Shown here: piece by piece, positions 58,339-64,000 of the stretch
Layout of the letters: the number at the start of each line of letters is the position of its first letter
Position numbering within the stretch: the first letter of the stretch is position 1
Sequence record: OP292654.1
Length of the DNA: 64,000 nt
Direction: 5' to 3' (one strand)
Notes under the pieces: generated by a model
The model's database searches: none
What the model was told of the DNA's origin: nothing
The model's input: only the letters and a program-made list of their open reading frames with translations
Position numbers and translations under genes: made by a program

Positions 58339-58557
58339 ATGACTCCAGAAGAATTAGAAGCACACTTAAAAAAGCTACATTCTGGCAAATGGGTTGATGA
58401 ACATCCAGCAGCTAATAACTCAGTAACTTGTACTCGCTGTTTCCATGTATATGTAATCAAGGACGCACCACGTACTGTTCCAGGTACTGATGGATATTAC
58501 ATCAAAGAACCTAAGTGTCCAAGTTGTGGATGCCGACTATATTTCTCACACTTATAA
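58339..58557 (+). CDS. Small zinc-ribbon protein
   Basis: CTRC...CPSC. Confidence 0.75.
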   Translation: MTPEELEAHLKKLHSGKWVDEHPAANNSVTCTRCFHVYVIKDAPRTVPGTDGYYIKEPKCPSCGCRLYFSHL

Positions 58558-58566
58558 GGGTAAACA

Positions 58567-59358
58567 ATGAATCTCGAACGCTTTCTAGCGAATAAAGGCC
58601 GACCGCGACTGGTATTCGCAACTGGTGCAGGACTATCTAAAGAATCTGGTATTCAGACTTTCCGTGATGCCGCCGGAGAAGGCTTGTGGGATGGTGTAAG
58701 TGTCGATACTGTTTGTAACATTGCGACATTTGACATTAACTATGATCTGATTCATCGTTTCTATAATCAGATGCGTGTTGGTCTGAAAGACTATGAACCA
58801 AATATTGGTCATGAGTTTATCGCACGTATGCAACAAATCTATGGTGATGATAATGTGATTCACATTACTGCCAACGTAGATGATCTGGCTGAACGTGCTG
58901 GCGGTACTGCGATGCACGTACACGGTTTCTTAACAGAAATTGTAGAACCGTATAGTACTAATAGTCCGAACTACGAAGTTCGTGACATTGGTTATACTGA
59001 ACACACACCAACCAAAGGTGTTATTTCTAAACCGAATATTGTAATGTTCGGTGAAACCTTCTGGTTCAAAGATGGTGTTCGCAAGAACATTTATGATGAT
59101 CTGTATAAAGTACTGGACAGTTTAACTGCCGAAGATACAGTAATTGTAATTGGTTCTTCTGATACTGTAATTCCGTGGAGCATCTATGCGGGTCTTGCGA
59201 CCAATGCTGAAGTCGTTAATGTGAATCCAGAAGCACATGATAACGATGACTACTTTACTTATAACTTGTACCAGCCAATTACTGAGGCTGTTGAACTTCT
59301 TGAACAGTACGCACATCAGCGTTTACATGTTCCTGATTTTACCAAAGAAGAATACTAA
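58567..59358 (+). CDS. Sir2/CobB-family NAD-dependent deacylase
   Basis: TGAGLSKESGIQTFR, TANVDDL.ERAG, HVHG, KPNIVMFGE. Confidence 0.9.
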   Translation: MNLERFLANKGRPRLVFATGAGLSKESGIQTFRDAAGEGLWDGVSVDTVCNIATFDINYDLIHRFYNQMRVGLKDYEPNIGHEFIARMQQIYGDDNVIHITANVDDLAERAGGTAMHVHGFLTEIVEPYSTNSPNYEVRDIGYTEHTPTKGVISKPNIVMFGETFWFKDGVRKNIYDDLYKVLDSLTAEDTVIVIGSSDTVIPWSIYAGLATNAEVVNVNPEAHDNDDYFTYNLYQPITEAVELLEQYAHQRLHVPDFTKEEY

Positions 59359-59369
59359 GGGTACTCAAA

Positions 59370-60275
59370 GTGGCTATGTATCAAGAAATCCCATTCGGCA
59401 CACGTTCTGAACGTTATGATTGTGTGTTCGTATGGATTTATGCGAAAAACTGTACTCCATATGCGAACTATCCGTATAATGACATTCCTAACGTGAGCTT
59501 AGTACTGTCAGAACTACGTTATGATGGTTTGCTGGGGGCAGTAGGTGGAATGGTAGAACACGATGATCCAAATCTGGAAATCGCTGTTATGCGTGAAGCC
59601 AAAGAAGAAATTGATTATGATTTACCAATTGAACGCTTACAGCCGTTGGTAAGTTATAAAAATACCGTAATCGGTTCCCACAATCATGCGTTTTCTTTAG
59701 AAGTATCTTATGAAGAACTTCTGGAGATTCGTAACAACGCACATAATGGCGTACACTTTGCTGCGGAAAATGCAGGTGTGAACTTATTACATACGTGTCG
59801 TTACCTCAAGGGTAACAAGATTGAATGTGGATGGAACATTCTGTTAGAACAAAACTTTGTCGGTACTGCTAAGATGGAACTGATGAAACTTGTTCGTACA
59901 AAGAATCTGCTAATTGATTACGTGGATGACGATAAAACTGACACTTCATATAAGATGTTCTTAGATGATCTTCGTGATGCTGAAAAGTACTATCCTAATG
60001 AAGAAATGGTAGTTTGTCGCACGTATAAAGAAGCAGTTGATTACGTCAATGAACATGGTTTGCCGTCATTTATCTCTTTCGACCACGATTTAGGTGATAC
60101 CGAAAATGAAGATGAAGAAACTGGCTATACCTTTGCGAAATTTTTAGTCGAGTACATGATGGACAATCAAATTGGGAAACCATTTGAATATCATGTTCAT
60201 AGTGCTAATCCAATCGGTGCGATGAATATCGTTGCTTATCTGGATAACGCATTTAAATTTATTCGGAGCTTATAA
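59370..60275 (+). CDS. Fusion: N-terminal Nudix hydrolase plus C-terminal cyclic-phosphate-processing receiver-like domain
   Basis: GGMVE...MREAKEEI; FLDDLR...ISFDHDLG...TGY...HSANPIG. Confidence 0.8.
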   Translation: MAMYQEIPFGTRSERYDCVFVWIYAKNCTPYANYPYNDIPNVSLVLSELRYDGLLGAVGGMVEHDDPNLEIAVMREAKEEIDYDLPIERLQPLVSYKNTVIGSHNHAFSLEVSYEELLEIRNNAHNGVHFAAENAGVNLLHTCRYLKGNKIECGWNILLEQNFVGTAKMELMKLVRTKNLLIDYVDDDKTDTSYKMFLDDLRDAEKYYPNEEMVVCRTYKEAVDYVNEHGLPSFISFDHDLGDTENEDEETGYTFAKFLVEYMMDNQIGKPFEYHVHSANPIGAMNIVAYLDNAFKFIRSL

Positions 60276-60580
60276 TGAAACGTTTAATCTGGAGTTTAAT
60301 ATTTTCTGCTGTACTGACATGGGGTTTCTACACCATTGTTACTAACACTAAAAGTACTGAACACCAGAACGTTTATTATAACGTCGGGCAAATTTATGGC
60401 TTAGGCCAATGTACTTCTGACAATAAATGCTCGTTTCAATACACCGATAAATTCGGTGCTAATAAGTCGGCTATCTCAGATACACCAGTTTTCTTAGGAC
60501 AATTGGTGTATCAAGAATGTTGGTATGAAGAAGCAAAAGGAGATCGTTGCTATGTGGATTATCAACCTGCCAAAAACTAA
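60275..60580 (+). CDS. Membrane-anchored or exported small protein
   Basis: N-terminal TM; paired Cys. Confidence 0.75.
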   Translation: MKRLIWSLIFSAVLTWGFYTIVTNTKSTEHQNVYYNVGQIYGLGQCTSDNKCSFQYTDKFGANKSAISDTPVFLGQLVYQECWYEEAKGDRCYVDYQPAKN

Positions 60581-60651
60581 CTGTATTTTGGAGCATTAAA
60601 TACAGTTAGGAAAACAACGTGTTACCACACACAAACACAAAAAGGATGTTT

Positions 60652-62097
60652 ATGAAAAAATATGTTCTTGACACAAACGTGATTCTTGGTGATCCTAACG
60701 CAGTCCTGGCGTTCGAAGGTTCACATGTAATTCTACCGTTCAAAGTACTGGAAGAATTAGATTCCATCAAGAGTCGTAAAGTTGATATTTCACGTGATGC
60801 TCGTGTTGCTATCCGCAACATTAGTACTATCCTTGAAACAGCAACTCATGAAGAAATCAGCACTGAAGGTGTTCAGATTTCTAAAACCCACCCTCACATC
60901 AACGTAGATACTCGTCTATTCGTACTAACAATTGAAGAACTTACAGCTATCTGGCATTTGGCGAACCCAAATATTGGTGAATCTGATAGCTTCGATCCTA
61001 AGCTTGAAACTCTTTTCAAAAGTACTGTGCCGGATGATGAAATCATCCTCGTTGCTAAACTATCCCAAGCAGTTCTCGTAACCCGCGACATTAATATGCG
61101 TATTAAAGCACTGGCATACGGTGTTGAAGTACAAGATTATCGTCATGATGTAACTATCGAAGACTCTGACCTAATCCATACTGGTAATCATGAATTAGAA
61201 GTAGAAGATTTCTGGTCAGAAATTGGTGACGTAGTTTACTCAAATCAGGAAGGCTCAAAACTCATTCATATGATTCCAGAAGAAAATGTTAAACACATTC
61301 TTCCAGATGATTTGTGTATCGGTGACTATGTTTATGATCAAGCAGATGGTCTATTCGTATTTGAAGGTTATGCTTCAGTACTTGATCATGATGATGATCG
61401 TGATATGGTTTGTTTCAGCGATGTAGGTTTAGCGAAAGCTCTATCTCGTAAAGTATGGGGAATTAAAGCCAAGAACATTCAGCAAGCTATGGCAATCAAC
61501 TCTATCATGGATAAAGATGTACATCTAACTATCCTACTAGGTCCAGCAGGTACTGGTAAGACGTTGATCACCGTTGCTTCTGCTCTTGAATTAGTACTAG
61601 AGAAGAAGAAATATGACCGTATTATTTTCTCTAAAACTCAAGATTCTCAGTTCGAAGAAATCGGCTTCTTGCCTGGTTCAGAACTGGAAAAAGTAATGCC
61701 ATTCTGTGGTGCTGCGGTGGATGCCCTTGAGTATCTACACAAAGATGATGCGAACCCACAAGGTTCAATTGAAGAAATTATGAAACGTAATGTCTTCCAA
61801 TTTAAAGCATTGAACTTTGTTCGTGGTCGTAGTTTCATCAATACAATCTTGATTGTCGATGAATTCCAGAACATTACTCCTGCTCAGGCAAAAACAATTC
61901 TAACTCGTGCTGGTGAAAACTGTAAAGTAATCATCATGGGTAACTTATCTCAGATTGACAATAAGTTCATCAGTCCTACCAACTCAGGTTTGACTTATGT
62001 AACTGAAAAGTTCAAAGATTGGGAAGGTTGCCGTATCATTGAGCTAGAGGGCGTACAGCGTTCAGTTCTTGCTGCGTTTGCGGAAGAAAATCTATAA
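60652..62097 (+). CDS. phoH: PIN-PhoH family protein
   Basis: YVLDTNV, EELD, D..I, TRD.NMR.KA (PIN); GPAGTGKT, RGRS, DEFQN, GNLSQID (PhoH). Confidence 0.92.
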   Translation: MKKYVLDTNVILGDPNAVLAFEGSHVILPFKVLEELDSIKSRKVDISRDARVAIRNISTILETATHEEISTEGVQISKTHPHINVDTRLFVLTIEELTAIWHLANPNIGESDSFDPKLETLFKSTVPDDEIILVAKLSQAVLVTRDINMRIKALAYGVEVQDYRHDVTIEDSDLIHTGNHELEVEDFWSEIGDVVYSNQEGSKLIHMIPEENVKHILPDDLCIGDYVYDQADGLFVFEGYASVLDHDDDRDMVCFSDVGLAKALSRKVWGIKAKNIQQAMAINSIMDKDVHLTILLGPAGTGKTLITVASALELVLEKKKYDRIIFSKTQDSQFEEIGFLPGSELEKVMPFCGAAVDALEYLHKDDANPQGSIEEIMKRNVFQFKALNFVRGRSFINTILIVDEFQNITPAQAKTILTRAGENCKVIIMGNLSQIDNKFISPTNSGLTYVTEKFKDWEGCRIIELEGVQRSVLAAFAEENL

Positions 62098-62130
62098 CAA
62101 CTTTAGGGGATACATTGTATCCCCTTTTTA

Positions 62131-62325
62131 ATGGACAATAATATGAAAGTATCATTCTACGCTAAAGCTGATCCGCAAGTTGGTGATTCAGATATAGTAT
62201 TCTATAAGTGTATTAAAGTTCGGCACTTCTGGTGCTTCAAATTCAGTACTGAAATATCTTACGGTACTGAAACAGAGATGAAAACACTTGCTGATAATCT
62301 CACAAAAATTTATGGAACGTCCTGA
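62131..62325 (+). CDS. Small hypothetical protein
   Basis: ORF. Confidence 0.55.
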   Translation: MDNNMKVSFYAKADPQVGDSDIVFYKCIKVRHFWCFKFSTEISYGTETEMKTLADNLTKIYGTS

Positions 62326-62332
62326 TTTTTTG

Positions 62333-62484
62333 TGCTATAATGTGTATATTAAACAGCAAAATGGCTCTCCATTTCTGGCCTGTAGAATGACAAACAACAT
62401 AAATAGTTACATAACAATAATAATATTTTGACTCCATGTTGTTTTATTACATTCTTTATAGGCCACGCAATGTGGCCTTTTTTA
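62333..62484 (+). promoter_or_regulatory. Promoter plus structured leader with overlapping terminator (attenuator-like)
   Basis: TGCTATAAT 62333-41; long stem 62376-62465 shares GGCCA with terminator AGGCCAC/GTGGCCT-T6. Confidence 0.5.
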
Positions 62485-62497
62485 TTGGATAAAGAAA

Positions 62498-63196
62498 ATG
62501 AATATCACACCTGAACAACAATTAGTACTGGATAAGATTCACGAATATTTCAACGAATTGGGATACCATAATATCATTATCTATGGTTCTTATGTTGAAC
62601 AGTTTCACGGTTTCGATGTTCAACCAAATGACATTGACGTAACTCTTGTGATCGATGAAGAACCACCAGAGAAACGTCACAAAACATTCTACTTGGGATT
62701 CACTGAACTTCCAATTAATGTAGAAATTATGCATCGCAAATCATTCGAAGGTGAACTTCGTTCGATGCAACCAAAGTACTTCATGTGTATTTGTAATCCA
62801 GCTATTCAGAAAGATATTGATATTGCGTTTGATTCTAAATTACCTCATGAAGTGCGTTCATGTATTAGTTCAATTGCTTCTAAAGCATTTGACAAAGGTA
62901 AGAAGAAACTCACCGTAGAAGAAGATTACGATGAAGTACTTGGACTGAAAAATATTTGTCATGCTTTCAAGTTCCCATATTACGCTAAGTGGAAATATCA
63001 TCCTGATACAGCAACCACTAAAGAGCAAGATATTGAGTACTTGAATGAGATTCATAATACAGTGTATGAACTGTACAAAAACAGTACTGGAACACTTGAC
63101 GAGCGTTGTCAGGTTGTGTTAAACTACGCAAAAGCAACGCATAATGCGACAATGACAGGATTCCGAATCCTATTCCCTAAAGAGGTGAAATCATGA
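62498..63196 (+). CDS. Pol-beta-like (minimal) nucleotidyltransferase
   Basis: IYGSYV...PNDIDV...INVE. Confidence 0.7.
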   Translation: MNITPEQQLVLDKIHEYFNELGYHNIIIYGSYVEQFHGFDVQPNDIDVTLVIDEEPPEKRHKTFYLGFTELPINVEIMHRKSFEGELRSMQPKYFMCICNPAIQKDIDIAFDSKLPHEVRSCISSIASKAFDKGKKKLTVEEDYDEVLGLKNICHAFKFPYYAKWKYHPDTATTKEQDIEYLNEIHNTVYELYKNSTGTLDERCQVVLNYAKATHNATMTGFRILFPKEVKS

Positions 63197-63399
63197 TGTT
63201 CGTACTGGCAACAGTTTTATTTTTACTTTTCCTCACAATTGGTGTAGGATTAATAGTACTTGGGGTAGCTCTGTACATGTTCGCATGGGCTGCCAATGGT
63301 AAACATACTTTAGCACCTGTACTTATTTTCGGTTCAGCAGTATCATTTGGATTGTTTACTATCTGGATGGCTTGCATTAACTACATTCAGGTGCTATAA
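63193..63399 (+). CDS. Small membrane protein
   Basis: Hydrophobic, GAGG SD. Confidence 0.7.
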   Translation: MMFVLATVLFLLFLTIGVGLIVLGVALYMFAWAANGKHTLAPVLIFGSAVSFGLFTIWMACINYIQVL

Positions 63400-63641
63400 T
63401 GTCACCTGAAAAGATGTTAACTGATTTGATGGCAGTTGGACCAACCATTCTTCACTTTATTATTTCTATATTAGGAATTGCTTTAGTGATTGGTGGTATG
63501 CGTGACATAAACAAATCAACGCATTTTCAACATATAGTAGAAGTGCCAATTGGATTTACTGGTGTAATCGTTGGTCTAGTACTAATGTATTACGGTGGAG
63601 CATTCCCTGTTATCTGGAGAATCATTAAATGGGTGAGTTAG
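63399..63641 (+). CDS. Small membrane protein
   Basis: 2 TM, TAATG coupling. Confidence 0.7.
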   Translation: MSPEKMLTDLMAVGPTILHFIISILGIALVIGGMRDINKSTHFQHIVEVPIGFTGVIVGLVLMYYGGAFPVIWRIIKWVS

Positions 63642-64000
63642 CATTCGCTTTGATTGAAATGATTGTAGAACTGTTATGTATGGGTGCGGCGGGTCGTTGG
63701 ATTCTGCTTTGTCTTATCACGCTCGGAGCTATTGTGGGCTTCGGGTATTGGGCTTATATTAGCTAAGGAACACAAATGAAACAATTCACTAAGGGTCGTA
63801 TGTCATTCCGTTAAGGTACTTTAACTTAACGAAGGAGGACATATGTTCTTTGATCAAACCTTTAAAATCTACTTCGATGATGGACGTTTTGTAGAAACAG
63901 ACGATTTGTTGGGATGGCTTCGTACCTATCCTGGCGGTGCTGAGAAATTTTACTACCGCATGAAATGGTTATGTAAATATGACCGTCCAAAGTGGGGATA

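Noticed and set aside
349-63377. Numerous minus-strand and alternate-frame ORFs in the track (e.g. 1699-2115, 8796-9362, 41653-42036, 44633-45052)
   Set aside because: They are shadows of well-supported + strand genes, with no RBS or protein motifs.
1-64000. Naming the phage genus, or calling it a prophage
   Set aside because: No structural or replication marker genes in the window allow a confident taxon call, and no integrase, repressor or host genes support a prophage.

Overview
64-kb segment of a large, AT-rich, lytic dsDNA bacteriophage genome. An enterobacterial host is inferred from near-consensus sigma70 promoters and T4/jumbo-myovirus-like gene content. Almost all genes are on the + strand. 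(1) 1-17.5 kb looks like a genome end or early host-takeover region: a non-coding start with short repeats, many strong sigma70 promoters (many fused to intrinsic terminators), short transcription cassettes, a family of about 10 promoter-proximal two-hairpin elements with compensatory base changes, two further candidate structured RNAs, an H-NS/MvaT-like candidate, a Hanks-type kinase, an SPFH protein, a ParE/RelE-like protein and DUF932. (2) 17.6-24 kb is a tandem array of ~200-aa paralogues sharing an EExxFQxLT motif. (3) 28.8-29.4 kb is a ~600-nt ORF-free, hairpin-dense candidate large ncRNA. (4) 29.4-64 kb holds nucleotide/RNA/NAD metabolism and counter-defence genes: N6-adenine MTase, SpoT-like HD hydrolase, RNA ligase 1, PseT, Ser/Thr phosphatase, Pth2-like, DNA ligase, ClpP, dCMP deaminase, NMNAT-Nudix plus NAMPT (sharing an identical two-hairpin leader), Acb1-like 2H phosphoesterase, Sir2, a Nudix-receiver fusion and PIN-PhoH. 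The palindrome AGTACT is strongly over-represented throughout. No tRNA, rRNA, CRISPR array, integrase or transposase was recognised. All family assignments come from motif recognition by eye, not database searches.
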